Below, in pieces: positions 7,789 to 19,000 of a stretch of DNA of 64,000 nucleotides (position 1 is its first letter; each line of letters begins with the position of its first letter). A program made the position numbers and the translations under genes. The stretch is from a bacterium (GTDB taxonomy: Bacteria; Electryoneota; Electryoneia; Electryoneales; Electryoneaceae). The stretch is taken from positions 3,840,001 through 3,904,000 of the forward strand of contig OY769902.1 in the NCBI GenBank assembly GCA_963669175.1, in the 5' to 3' direction. Below the pieces are notes generated by a model, which saw only the letters and a program-made list of their open reading frames with translations, did no database searches and was not told the DNA's origin.

Positions 7789-10236
7789 GTGTTTCGGACT
7801 TCCCTGTTAATTGCATGGCGGCGACTGGTCAAGCACAGACAGTACACCCTGTTGAATATTGCCGGGTTAGCGCTGGGTCTTGCCTGTAGTACCATCATCA
7901 TCCTGTATGTTTACCAGGAACTCAGTTACGACACCTTCCACCCTGCCGCTGATCGTACCTTTAGGATGGGATCGCATTCCATCAAATGGATTGGTGAGCA
8001 TTATTACTCCAGAACACCTGCCTGGATGGCGCCTCAACTAAAAGAGAAGTATCCGCAACTTGAAAATGTTGCCCGGATCATTCCCCCTTTTGAAAATGCT
8101 GATCACGTGCTGGTGGAACGTGGCGATAACCGTTTTTTCGAGAAGCGAGTATACTTCGTCGATCCGGAACTGCTTGACATGTTCCACATCCCTTTGGCGC
8201 ATGGACAGGCAAATCTACAAGATCCCTGGAAGATCCTCATAACTCAGTCTATGGCGGAGAAATATTTCGGTGACGCTGATCCTATCGGAAAGCCCCTGGT
8301 GCTTGAGCTGGATTATGATTACTGGGCACCGGTAGAGAAACGTGAGTTTACGGTGGAAGGTGTACTCGAAGACAGTCCGAAGAACAGCCATTGGCACTAT
8401 GACATCCTCGTGTCCATGGCGACAATGCGTTCTGTTCTACCAACCTTTGAAAGCACACTGGATGACTATCATTTCAAGTATACCTATATCACACTTCCTT
8501 CTGACTTGACCACCAGTGATTTCATCAAACAGTTGGAACCCTTCAGACAAAAAGAATTAGATAAGTATACACAACGGTCCGGCCGTGAGATGGAGCTATT
8601 CGAATATATACTCACTCCGGTTACCGACCTCCACCTGCACTCTCCCTGTCAATACGAACTCGAACCGGTTGGTGATGCCCGCTACTTGTATATCTATGGC
8701 GGCATTGCCTTGTTAACCCTGTTGATCGGTTGCCTGAACTACATTACCCTCTCCGCAGCTCTTGCTGCCATGCGGGTGAAAGAAGTCGGATTCCGCAAGA
8801 TTATCGGCGCTCGGAAAATCCATATCGTGTTCGCCCAGTTGATTGAAGCGTTTATCCTAACCCTGGTTGCTTTTGCAGTAGCGTTTATTATCGCTGAACT
8901 CATGCTACCATCATTCAACCGACTAGCCGACACCCAGTTGGAGCTGACAATTCTCCTGCAACCAGGCACCTTGCTTGCCCTTGGTTTTCTGCTGATCCTT
9001 ACGGCTATTGGATCGGGAACACTGCCTGCCATGATCCTCAGCGAAACCCGGCCACTGGCTGTTCTACAAGGACGGTTTGCTCCTACCAATCGAGGTGCGA
9101 CGGTACAGAAAGCGCTTGTGTTCGGTCAGTTTGTCATATCCCTGTTCCTTGTTCTGAGCACCATTACCGTCTATCGTCAACTGGAACATATGCGCAGTGG
9201 AGCTATAGGATTCGATTCCGAGCATAAATTGATTTTGCCAATCAAAACCAACCTTGAGACGTTACGTAGAAACCCGGAAGCCATTAAACAGGCTTTCCTT
9301 GAGAAACCTGGAATTCAGGCGGCAACAGTTTCTTCCGGCGTCCCCGGACAGCTCAATGGCGGGTACTATCTGCGTAAAAGCGGCGAAGATGAAGCGGAAC
9401 CACACTGGCACAATGTGCTGACTGTGGATTATGACTTTCTGGATGTAATGGACATTAGCATGATCGCAGGTCGTGCCTTCAGAAAAAACTCGGAACATGA
9501 CCGTGAACACGCATTTCTGTTGAATGAAGCAGCACTGGCAGAACTTGGTTTTTCCACTCCGGAAGAGGCGTTGGGACAACAATTCTGGGCTCATTATCAT
9601 GGTAAAACCAAGGAAATCATAGGTGTCGTGCGTGACTTTCATTACGAAGGTATGCAACATCAAGTCGAACCGATGCTGCTTGATATCGAAAGCTCCCTCT
9701 ATTCGACAATCACACTTTCACTCGACAATCACGACCTTGTGAATACCATGCAGACAGTAAAAGAAACCTGGGACGAAGTATTTCCCGATGTTCCCTTCGA
9801 ATACCAGTTCCTGAACGACATTGTCGATAAGCAGTATCGTTATGAACTGCAGGCTTCGAAACTTCTTGCAACGGTTACCGGCCTTGGATTGCTGGTGTCC
9901 TGCCTGGGACTGTTCGGGTTGACGGCATTTGTCTTGCAATGTCGTCAACGTGAAATCAGCATCCGTCGCGTAATGGGCGCTAATCTTACCCAGATTATCC
10001 AGTTGCTTTCAGGAAGATTTATCCTGCTGATCATTCTGGCGAGTTGTGTTGCTGTACCCCTGGTCTGGTGGGTCAGTGAACGCTGGCTTTCACACTACGC
10101 TTACCGTGTTGATACCTCTTGGCCGATTTCCCTGGAAATACTCAGTGTGTTTATCCTGATCGTGGTGGGAGTTGTCAGCCTGCAGGCTTACCGTACCACG
10201 CAACAGAATCCCGCAGATACCTTGCGACAGGAATAG
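7789..10236 (+). CDS. MacB/FtsX-like duplicated ABC transporter permease
   Basis: MFRTSLLIAWRRL, LNIAGLALGLAC, RVKEVGFRKIIGA, QFVISL, REISIRRVMGA, NPADTLRQE; GTG 7789 follows SD AAAGGA. Confidence 0.9.
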   Translation: MFRTSLLIAWRRLVKHRQYTLLNIAGLALGLACSTIIILYVYQELSYDTFHPAADRTFRMGSHSIKWIGEHYYSRTPAWMAPQLKEKYPQLENVARIIPPFENADHVLVERGDNRFFEKRVYFVDPELLDMFHIPLAHGQANLQDPWKILITQSMAEKYFGDADPIGKPLVLELDYDYWAPVEKREFTVEGVLEDSPKNSHWHYDILVSMATMRSVLPTFESTLDDYHFKYTYITLPSDLTTSDFIKQLEPFRQKELDKYTQRSGREMELFEYILTPVTDLHLHSPCQYELEPVGDARYLYIYGGIALLTLLIGCLNYITLSAALAAMRVKEVGFRKIIGARKIHIVFAQLIEAFILTLVAFAVAFIIAELMLPSFNRLADTQLELTILLQPGTLLALGFLLILTAIGSGTLPAMILSETRPLAVLQGRFAPTNRGATVQKALVFGQFVISLFLVLSTITVYRQLEHMRSGAIGFDSEHKLILPIKTNLETLRRNPEAIKQAFLEKPGIQAATVSSGVPGQLNGGYYLRKSGEDEAEPHWHNVLTVDYDFLDVMDISMIAGRAFRKNSEHDREHAFLLNEAALAELGFSTPEEALGQQFWAHYHGKTKEIIGVVRDFHYEGMQHQVEPMLLDIESSLYSTITLSLDNHDLVNTMQTVKETWDEVFPDVPFEYQFLNDIVDKQYRYELQASKLLATVTGLGLLVSCLGLFGLTAFVLQCRQREISIRRVMGANLTQIIQLLSGRFILLIILASCVAVPLVWWVSERWLSHYAYRVDTSWPISLEILSVFILIVVGVVSLQAYRTTQQNPADTLRQE

Positions 10237-10268
10237 CATCTGAACGGGTTGTCTATTTTTTTCAGTAT

Positions 10269-11669
10269 TTATTCACGTCTGTTCACTGCAATGATAATCG
10301 GATTTTCCCATTGATAGAAATTATCTCTATTCCATTGAATGTATTCCTTCCCATTGACGGGTGTGCTTTCCCACACTCCCCATTGTTCTATAAATTCTTC
10401 CCCTATTGCGGCAGAGATATTGGCAGGTGGTCCACCATCAAGGTTCAAGGCATATTCGAGGGAAAGATGTTCATCTTGAGAAAGAAATCCTGCCAGCCGT
10501 TGCAAGGAGAAAAAGCCGCTCTGTGTGTTCCCAATAATGACATTGCCATCTTTATCAATCCCAATGAAAGATCTATTCGCACGCTTCATGGGATTCTCTT
10601 TTGTACGAACGAGTCCCGCACCATCACCGACCAGCGTTGGATACGAGACTGTACCTTCTGTATACCCTTCGTTTTCGATATCAGCAATTCGTGGGGGATT
10701 ATAGTTCACATAAGATACTAAGGGCTTTGTAGAATCTTCTGGTTCGAACAGTATTGCGCCATGCCTTGATTTATAGTTTTCAGGTCCGGCACGTTTCCCG
10801 CCAAGTAGCATAGGAACAGCGGGTTCACCATAAGCGGTTTCTTCAGATTCGTCTGTATAGAAACTTCCGTTTACAACAGCTACAGCAGTCAAATCCTCCA
10901 TCCACTCGTAAATATATTTCATGTCAGGCGAAGGAGAACAGTGTACGCTGAAACGAAAATACTCTGGATCGATTCGTAATAAAAGGATTCTGTCAACAAG
11001 AGTATGCGCAAAGAAAATATCCTCATAACCAATTTCAAAGCCTTCTTCCACAGTATACCAGTTCATCATTATACCTTGCGGAAGCAAATCTGGATGTTGA
11101 ATGGCAAGGTCATTTTCACTAATTCCCGGAACTTCATTTCCTTCAGACTTTAAATACCAGTCTATTTGGACTAATATGTTTGTAATATATTTTATTCGAC
11201 CTGGCGGATATGCCAATTCCTCATTTGTTGCATATGTAAATCTATCATGTTCTAGCCATTCTCCATTATCTAGTTTATAGATAGTAAGATTAAATATATC
11301 ATAAGATTCTTTTGTATTTTCATCATCTATAAATGAATATTCATATTTGGTATAATTATTTATTGTCATGGTATAATCAACCATACCATATTTTATTGCA
11401 GTATTTTGAAATATATAATTCATTACAGTCTCTATTCTAAATATTTTTAGTCCATTTGACATTTGCTCATTTTGATATAATAATATATCACTAATTTTAC
11501 ATTTTTTTATTATTTTTTCATCTGTCAATATAGTATATTTAGCATTCTTTTTTATTGACATAATAATATTATCTTTTACTACATAAAGTAAAAATCCTAT
11601 CATTGCAAAATAAAGAATCCCCATCACAACTACTTTCCGTTTATGTGAGAACTTAAAATCACTCGCCAT
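10269..11669 (-). CDS. Membrane-anchored protein with C-terminal phosphodiester glycosidase (NAGPA/DUF2233-like) domain and very AT-rich N-terminal region
   Basis: VVNGSFY, RSFIGIDKDG, ALNLDGG motifs; N-terminal TM helix; SD GGAGGTG. Confidence 0.72.
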   Translation of the reverse strand: MASDFKFSHKRKVVVMGILYFAMIGFLLYVVKDNIIMSIKKNAKYTILTDEKIIKKCKISDILLYQNEQMSNGLKIFRIETVMNYIFQNTAIKYGMVDYTMTINNYTKYEYSFIDDENTKESYDIFNLTIYKLDNGEWLEHDRFTYATNEELAYPPGRIKYITNILVQIDWYLKSEGNEVPGISENDLAIQHPDLLPQGIMMNWYTVEEGFEIGYEDIFFAHTLVDRILLLRIDPEYFRFSVHCSPSPDMKYIYEWMEDLTAVAVVNGSFYTDESEETAYGEPAVPMLLGGKRAGPENYKSRHGAILFEPEDSTKPLVSYVNYNPPRIADIENEGYTEGTVSYPTLVGDGAGLVRTKENPMKRANRSFIGIDKDGNVIIGNTQSGFFSLQRLAGFLSQDEHLSLEYALNLDGGPPANISAAIGEEFIEQWGVWESTPVNGKEYIQWNRDNFYQWENPIIIAVNRRE

Positions 11670-11841
11670 GGAATTCACCTCCATTTAAAGTCCAGGTACG
11701 TCCCTAATGATGCTGCTTTTAAAAGTCGCAGTTCGTAGGGAAACATACATTTGAACGCTATATATCTGTCTTTGCCAACGACATTACCGTTGTTTGTGCG
11801 ATCCTGGCCAGCAACCATCTGTAGTCGCACAGTTTACCGGG

Positions 11842-12633
11842 CTACTCCTCTTTCACCAGTCGGAACCCGGTGAAGTTGGCGCATCCGGGCGGCATGAAGT
11901 GATCACGTGTTTCTGAACTGCATTCATGGGCGCGTGAATCAAAGGAACCGCCCCTGAGCACACGTTCAAAGCCACGTTCCGGGCCGGTGGGATTTACAGT
12001 CGGACTGACGCCGTACCAGGATTTGTCATGCCAGTCATTACACCATTCCGCCACGTTCCCCAAGATATCATAAAGGCCCCAGGGATTCGCCATTTTCTGT
12101 CCGACAGGACGTGTCAATCCCTGGCTGTTTTCAGCATACCAGGCATACAGGCCAAGCACATCCATTTCCGTTCCCCACCAATAGGACGAACCGCTTTTCC
12201 CAGCACGGCAGGCGTATTCCCACTCTGCCTCGGTAGGTAAACGCCACCCCTCTCCCAGGTTGGGAAGAAACCTTTTTTGGATACTTGTCCAAGAGACTTG
12301 GTCAGCGGGACAGAAGGGACAGTTCTGATGGTAGAAAATCCATTCCCCGACAACAGCTTGCCATTGCTCCTGCGTAACTTCATACTTGCCCAGCCAGAAG
12401 CCCTGGGTAATGATGACCACATGCTGGGGAAATTCATCTTCCAGCCCTGCTTCACTGCTGGCGCCCATGAGGAAGGTTCCGGCGGGTATCCAGACCATTG
12501 TGATCATCAGCCCTGAATCACCAAGAAAGAAGTCTTTCTCATCGCCAGGCTGATGCTCGGTCTGTTCGGCAAAAGCTGTGGGAATTCCCAGGATGCCTAC
12601 TATCATAATAGCTATCATTGCTATTTGCTTCAT
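11842..12633 (-). CDS. Secreted FGE-sulfatase (SUMF1/EgtB/PvdO-like) domain protein
   Basis: GTFLMG, YEVTQEQW, RLPTEAEWEYACRAG, NPWGLYDILGNVAEW, RVLRGGS, GFRLV; signal-peptide-like MKQIAMIAIM..AFA. Confidence 0.9.
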   Translation of the reverse strand: MKQIAMIAIMIVGILGIPTAFAEQTEHQPGDEKDFFLGDSGLMITMVWIPAGTFLMGASSEAGLEDEFPQHVVIITQGFWLGKYEVTQEQWQAVVGEWIFYHQNCPFCPADQVSWTSIQKRFLPNLGEGWRLPTEAEWEYACRAGKSGSSYWWGTEMDVLGLYAWYAENSQGLTRPVGQKMANPWGLYDILGNVAEWCNDWHDKSWYGVSPTVNPTGPERGFERVLRGGSFDSRAHECSSETRDHFMPPGCANFTGFRLVKEE

Positions 12634-12671
12634 TCTTCCAGATTGAGAAAAACGATATCCCGTTAGCACAT

Positions 12672-12684
12672 CCCCCCCCCCCCC
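12672..12684. repeat. C13/G13 homopolymer upstream of the FGE-domain gene
   Basis: 13 consecutive C on the + strand. Confidence 0.85.
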
Positions 12685-12877
12685 TGTTCATATCCTGGTG
12701 AAGCGATTCATCGTTATCGGCCCACAAACATCTTAAAACAAGTTTGTTAATATAAACTGCCTGCGAATGAAAGGAAAATGATACAAGTCTTTTTCAAAAA
12801 ATGTAGCGATTCCCAAAACCAAACCGTCATCTCATCATTCAATGAAAGATCCACTGTCTGGTTGGAAGAAAGGTTAT

Positions 12878-12938
12878 GGAAAAAGGAGACTGCCCCCTTT
12901 CCTGACAATCTCTATTTTGACGGAACACAATCGAGAAC
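12878..12938. repeat. Single-hairpin member of the GGAAAAGG/CCTTTCC family with conserved 3' tail
   Basis: GGAAAAAGGAGACTGCCCCCTTTCC followed by ..TGACGGAA..AATCGAGAACA, also seen after 30850. Confidence 0.6.
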
Positions 12939-13264
12939 AACTTTAGCAAGCAGAATCTTTAACATTGGATGAAACGGCTCACCAGCTCCTTTCCTGTTCA
13001 CATTCGCATCATTATCCCAGTAATATTTTTCGCAACAAAGTCTAAAGTAATTGCTCAGTGTTGTCGATTAGTATATTTATAGAGCCATACCTCTACAAAT
13101 TAGTTATATCTCTGGTTAGTGGATTCTCTTCGACAATAGCTCCTTGAAACTAAGTTCTACCACACGGTCAGGTTTTGCAGTTTTGATGCGCATTTGAAAC
13201 TACTGTGAAAGCCGAGATCGATTCAAGTTTTCAAACAAATATCGTCTTTTCGGGAGGGATCACG

Positions 13265-14002
13265 ATGTCTGTTCACGGAAAAACTCTGATCTTTTTACAC
13301 ATCACGAAGACTGCCGGGACAACCATGCAGAAAATCCTTCGTACCATCTATGATAAGGATGAAATTCTACTGATCAAGAGTAATCCAAAGAATAACGGCA
13401 TACACTACCAAGATTTTATCCGGCTGCCCTCGTCGGAACGAAGCAGGTTTCGAGTTCTGATGGGCCATATGCCGTGGGGGCTTCACAGGTACTGCCCGAA
13501 TGGAGCGGAATATTTCACCTTCCTGCGTGATCCCTTGAAACGTGGCATTTCGACCTACTTCCACTGCTTCAACAAACCCAAACACCACCACCACGAAATC
13601 GCCAGGCAGATATCCATACAGGAATACCTGAACAGGTACTACTATCCTTACATCTCCTCTTTTCTGGACGATATAGACAACCCGGTTTCCATGCAGAATC
13701 CTATTAAAGATCCTGTTCTTGTGACATCCCGGATTGAAAGATATTTCCCCATCATCGGCATCTCGGAACGATTCAATGAATCCCTGGAACTCCTTCAACA
13801 TCGTTACGCCTGGAATATCCCGAAGTTCGAGAACCATAATATCGGCAAATACTCACGTCGTGATATCTCGTTTAATGCGGATGCCATAAACGAATTCCAC
13901 CGAACCCATCAGGATGATTACAGGCTGTACCTGTTCGCCAGGCGCCGTTTCATTCAGCAATGGAAAAGGCATGTAGCTGAAAGACAGGCTGTTCCGGCAT
14001 AG
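13265..14002 (+). CDS. Sulfotransferase family 2-like protein
   Basis: FLHITKTAGTT (5'-PSB loop), GH, TFLRDPLKR.IS.Y (3'-PB), GISERFNES, DYRLY; SD GGGAGG. Confidence 0.85.
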   Translation: MSVHGKTLIFLHITKTAGTTMQKILRTIYDKDEILLIKSNPKNNGIHYQDFIRLPSSERSRFRVLMGHMPWGLHRYCPNGAEYFTFLRDPLKRGISTYFHCFNKPKHHHHEIARQISIQEYLNRYYYPYISSFLDDIDNPVSMQNPIKDPVLVTSRIERYFPIIGISERFNESLELLQHRYAWNIPKFENHNIGKYSRRDISFNADAINEFHRTHQDDYRLYLFARRRFIQQWKRHVAERQAVPA

Positions 14003-14072
14003 GGAGTGCCATGAACCACTCTTCCCTTTTTCGCCTTCACATTCGTAGGAGAAACTCTCCTCAACCCAAAGG

Positions 14073-14099
14073 AAAACCCGGCAAGAAAACCTTGCCGGG
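14073..14099 (-). terminator. Terminator after etfA
   Basis: CCCGGCAAG/CTTGCCGGG stem with a short T-run on the minus strand. Confidence 0.6.
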
Positions 14100-14126
14100 C
14101 TGAAAATCTCATGCGAAAACAGGATC

Positions 14127-15080
14127 TTACTTTTTCAGCGCCTGGGTAATGGCAGGCAGCACTTCCAGCGCATCCCCTACGATTCCATAGTCAGCGATCT
14201 TGAAAATCGGCGCATCTGCATCCTTGTTGATCGCGACAATCGTTTTGGACGTACGCATGCCGGCGATATGTTGAATCGCACCGCTGATCCCGGCTGCAAA
14301 GTACAGGGTCGGGCCAACGGTCTTGCCGGTCTGGCCGACCTGTTCACTATGCGGACGCCAGCCGCTATCCACGACCGGACGGCTCGCGCCAACCGCCGCG
14401 CCAAGGGCATCTGCCAGTTCTTCTACCAGTTTGAAATGCTCTTCGTCTTTCAGACCACGTCCCCCGGCGACGATCACATCCGCTTCCGCGACATCGGGAC
14501 GATCTGCTGAGGCCATCCGGGTCTCAACGATTGTTGTCTTCGCATCGAAAGGTGCGTCAATCGCAACTACTTCACCGGCGCCATCCGCTTCTTCCACGGC
14601 AAACACATTCGGACGAGTGGTCATTACCACCGGGAACATGTGCGCTTTGATATTGAGAAGTACCTTGCCCGCGTATACAGGACGCTTCGCAATAATATCG
14701 CTGCCTTCAGCATTCAGCCCGATAACGTCGGGAAGGAACATGACGTTCATGGATGCAGCCACTCGAGGCGCCAAGTCACGTCCTACAGTAGTCGCTGCGA
14801 TCAGGATCGCTTCAGCGCCAAACTCTTCCGCAGCTTTCTTCACCGCAGCCGTGTGACCCTCGCTCTGATAATCTTTAACCGCGTCGTTATCCACGGTGAA
14901 AATCTTTGCCGGACCGATCTTCTTTACCTGTTCTACTACGGCGTCCAAACCGCAGCCTACAACCACGGCTGCCACATCACCACCGCGTACCGTGGCGAGA
15001 CGCTTCGCTTCACTCAACGCTTCCAAGCTGGCCTTTTTTACCTGTCCCTGCAAGCTCTCGATGTATGTCAATACTGCCAT
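14127..15080 (-). CDS. etfA: Electron transfer flavoprotein alpha subunit
   Basis: RPVYAG, VAGGRG, GASRPVVD, QVGQTGK, GISGAIQH, INKD..APIF. Confidence 0.96.
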   Translation of the reverse strand: MAVLTYIESLQGQVKKASLEALSEAKRLATVRGGDVAAVVVGCGLDAVVEQVKKIGPAKIFTVDNDAVKDYQSEGHTAAVKKAAEEFGAEAILIAATTVGRDLAPRVAASMNVMFLPDVIGLNAEGSDIIAKRPVYAGKVLLNIKAHMFPVVMTTRPNVFAVEEADGAGEVVAIDAPFDAKTTIVETRMASADRPDVAEADVIVAGGRGLKDEEHFKLVEELADALGAAVGASRPVVDSGWRPHSEQVGQTGKTVGPTLYFAAGISGAIQHIAGMRTSKTIVAINKDADAPIFKIADYGIVGDALEVLPAITQALKK

Positions 15081-15093
15081 TGTATCCCCCTTT

Positions 15094-15846
15094 CTACTCG
15101 ATAACCTTGGCTTCTTCGCGGAGCAAACGTACCAGCTCCGGCACCGCCTCGACACCTTCGCCGACTATCTTGCCCGCGGCGCGTTCGGGAGGATACACAA
15201 ATCCGACCAGATCAACACGTGATTCTGTCACATCAACCACGACCTGGTCAACCGGCTTCTTCTTCGCCATCATGATGCCCTTCAGGCTGGGATAGCGTGG
15301 ATCATTCAATCCCTTCTGTGCAGTGATCACACAGGGCAGTCCCGCTTCTATAACAACACTGCCGCCCTCGATATCCTTCTCCGCCTTCACCTTACCATCA
15401 GCCACTTCCAGCTTGCTGACTTCTGTGATGCAGGGAATATCCAACAAGGTGGCCAGCATTGGCCCGACTGCAGGACAATCATCATCGGTAGACTTGAACC
15501 CGGTAAAGATTAAATCATACCCTTCATCCTTCATGGCATTCTTGTAAGCGTTGGCTGTGCCCAACAGATCCAGCGCACCAGCCTTCTGGACATGGACGGC
15601 CTTGTGCGCACCCATCGCCAGTGCTTTACGCAGACCTTCAACTACCTGATCGGTGCCATAGCTGTATACAGTAACCTCGCCGCTATTCGCTTCGGCGAGC
15701 TTGAGCGCTTCTTCCACGGCATATTCATCGTATGGATTCAGTACCCAACTCAGGTCCCGTTCATCAATCCAGCTCTTGTCATCGTTGAGCTTGATCTGGG
15801 ACGCCGTATCTGGTACCAGTTTCACCAACACGGCAATCTTCATCAT
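15094..15846 (-). CDS. etfB: Electron transfer flavoprotein beta subunit
   Basis: K.VPD, LNPYDEYAVEEAL, ALAMGA, PRYPSLKGIMMAKKKP. Confidence 0.96.
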   Translation of the reverse strand: MMKIAVLVKLVPDTASQIKLNDDKSWIDERDLSWVLNPYDEYAVEEALKLAEANSGEVTVYSYGTDQVVEGLRKALAMGAHKAVHVQKAGALDLLGTANAYKNAMKDEGYDLIFTGFKSTDDDCPAVGPMLATLLDIPCITEVSKLEVADGKVKAEKDIEGGSVVIEAGLPCVITAQKGLNDPRYPSLKGIMMAKKKPVDQVVVDVTESRVDLVGFVYPPERAAGKIVGEGVEAVPELVRLLREEAKVIE

Positions 15847-16077
15847 GCCTCCTGTTTTGTATGGTTATGGGTTAAATGCCTTCTTCAGGAATAAGAATTA
15901 ACACACGCGAAAAGCGAGATGCAAGTGCCCCCATCCGCTGAGAGCGGATTATCATCATCAAATCGCTCTTCCGTTCAACGAGACTTCTCGCTGGATGTTC
16001 CCTGCCGCGATTCCCTGTGATCACGACATCATGGCGCTTCTGCGGCTTGTATCAACTGGGTTTTCCGACAAATGGGG

Positions 16078-19000
16078 TTACTTCAACAGGAGAAGCTTGC
16101 GTGTTTCCTGTAGCGGACCGGCCTGAAAATGGAGGAAGTACATACCTGAAGCGAGATTGGAGCCATCAAAGGCAACCTGATGGTGACCGGATGGGCGAAT
16201 TTCATCAATTACAGTCGCAACTTCACGTCCAAGAATATCATACAAAGTCGCATGTACCGGGCTGTTTTGTTTCAGTGAAAACGCAATCGTAGTCGTGGGA
16301 TTAAATGGATTTGGATATACACCGGAAAATTCCCATTCCACAGGTTGAGCTGCTACAGTTATTGCCTGCGTTACGGTATCCGGCGCCACGATAGTGAAAT
16401 AAGCCCAGTTATTATGCGCTGAACAGGCGTTATGTTTAAAATAGGTGTAGAATCGATAAACCCCCTGGTTCAACAGGCTTCCATCTACATTAAAGAGCAG
16501 GATTGAAGCAGTTCCCGGAATGACGACACCATTGGCCTGTTCTATCGTGAAGAATGGGAGATTATCACTTAGCGTCCAAACCTGCAATCCATCTTCCTCA
16601 CCACAATCAATGATGGTAGCGATAACCCACACCAGGGGATTCCATTGTCCAGAAATATCAATTCCTGAAGGATGAACATTCCCGGCCGGGGCAATGAAGC
16701 TGTAAATCTCAACCGCATCACCGTTTTCGGGATTCATCTTGACAATGCTGGTTTGATTGGATCCATTTGCCTGACAGATAAAATACAGGTTGAAGCCATC
16801 AGGATCTTCAGCAAACCAGGAAGCGCCGCGTGGGAAGAAATCCTGGGGATATTGAGCAATAATGCTGCCTTGCCGATTGACAGCATAAATATCAATACCA
16901 TAATCCCCCATCCAGAACAGATCAGAATCAGGGTCATAAGCCAGGTAACGCGCAGGATTAACTGGCGTTTCAAATGAATCAATCGCAGCAATACTGCCTA
17001 CCTGCCAATTGCCTTCTTCCAGCTCCCATTTCTTATCAATACGATACAACCAGCCACCGTCAACGCCATAAAGGAAATCGCCATCTGAAGTCAGCCCGTA
17101 TATGCCGGGATCACTACGCATATTCTCGCCGACAGGTTGGTCAAATGATCTGATAAACGCACCATAACGATCATACTGGTATAGCTGGTTCGGGACATTG
17201 ACATCCAGCCCGTTCGAACCGGTCACCCAGAAAAAACGTCCATCAAATACAAGTCCCCTGTTCCTTGTCTCCTGTTCCGAGAGCGAGAATGAATAAGCCC
17301 AATCCCAGGGCGAAGCCATGTCATCCAGATCATTATCATCTGTTGGCAACTCTTCAACTATTCTCTGGAATTGCATGCCCTCATTTTCACCCTGGAAGCG
17401 GATTCCGGCATCATATTCCAGTAACCCATCCCCGGGATTATACAGGTTTATGGACAAAGTATGATCTTCATCAGTATGAATCGTATCAATGACAACAGGC
17501 GGTGTGATCAATAAATCCGGAGAATAAAGTGAGATATTTACTTCAGTGGGTTCATCCATGTCCACCGCAATATTCTCAATGTATTTGCTGTTAAAGCAAT
17601 CATGGAAAACTTCAAGATCCACCCTGCCGGCCACAACTCTTTCAAGACAATAGTAGCCATTGGCATTGGTACAGGCCGACGCCTGACCGTCATCTGTGAC
17701 AACCAGGGCGCCCTCAATGGGCGCTTCATTCAACGTGCTGCTGATAGTTCCCTCAATACTACCCATTATTCTCATCACATTGGTGGTGAACAACACAGCC
17801 CTGCCATTTTCAACCGGCGGCATACCTGGCGTATATGAATTCCAGTAAGCAAGTTGCAAGCCATCATCCTGCGTCTGGTTTTCAATGCCTGTTGTGAAGT
17901 AATACACATCAGCGCCATTGCCTTGGGAATGATTCATCGTCCTGTACTGGAACAGGATATCGTTGTCATTCGTCCAGGTTGAATCCGGTTCGGGTTGCTG
18001 GTAAAGAATCAGTTCAAAGGTACACGGATTGTGCATTGCGGCATCGAGCACACGATACCACTCTACAATGATGCGACCGTTCCAGGCATCGTGGTAATAG
18101 AATATTCCGGATTCATCATCTGTTTTTCTTTCGTCCCAGTATGGCGCTATCATTGCAGATGGGCCTAATGGCGAAGGAATAGTCCAATTCCTTTGTAATG
18201 GCATATCCGCCTGGTTGCCCATTGCAACAAATCCATTTACAGCAATGGTCATTTCTGAATAGGTTTCTCCGTAATAGCGCACCGGGAAAGGAAGCTGGAT
18301 AACAACCGCAGTATCCTGATTATCAACAGTATCCTGAAGGCAAAGATTCTCGCCGAGGAATAAGTGCTCATGCAGGTCCGGGTTTATTTCAATCCAGGTG
18401 AAGTCAGGTGCGTATTCTTCGTAGTATAATGTATCGGTGTTGTCAAAAGCATAATGCCCATATAGATCAGGCCCAATCGGGTCATCAGCATCCACCTCAC
18501 CGATAGTGACATCGAAATACAATGTGTCAAGCATGTTGTTCGTGCTCAACGCAGTCAGATACAGGTTGCCCCTGTGTCCCTTAAATGCCTCAGGATGAAT
18601 GGAGATCTCGAACTGGCTGGTCATGGCTGTCTGACTTGGCGCCAGCGAAGTCATCACTCCGACGTTGTGCCCAATGCTGATAAATGGATCATCACTATGA
18701 AGCACAAGATTAACCGGATCCAACGCACTGCTGTTTCCAACATTTGCGACCAGACATTGTAAAATTCCAGTTTCCCCCGGGCTGATAACATTTCCTGAAT
18801 CGTTCAAAGCTTGCGCCTGAATCAACGCCAGTTTAAACGATTGAATTTCCAGCGGAATGATGTCAGTCGTTTCACTTAAATCCGCATTGATTGTAATCCG
18901 GTAATAGGCATTCCATCCATCCGGTGTTGCCGGGCTCAACTCAACAAGCACCACTCCATTGACAAACGCGCTTGAACGTGGTTGAATACTCTGCAGTGTT

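Noticed and set aside
11842-12000. Diversity-generating retroelement target (FGE/CLec C-terminus)
   Set aside because: No template repeat or reverse transcriptase seen in the window; a trans-acting DGR elsewhere cannot be excluded.
7500-14002. Genomic island integrated at ssrA
   Set aside because: No integrase and no duplicated ssrA 3' end found.
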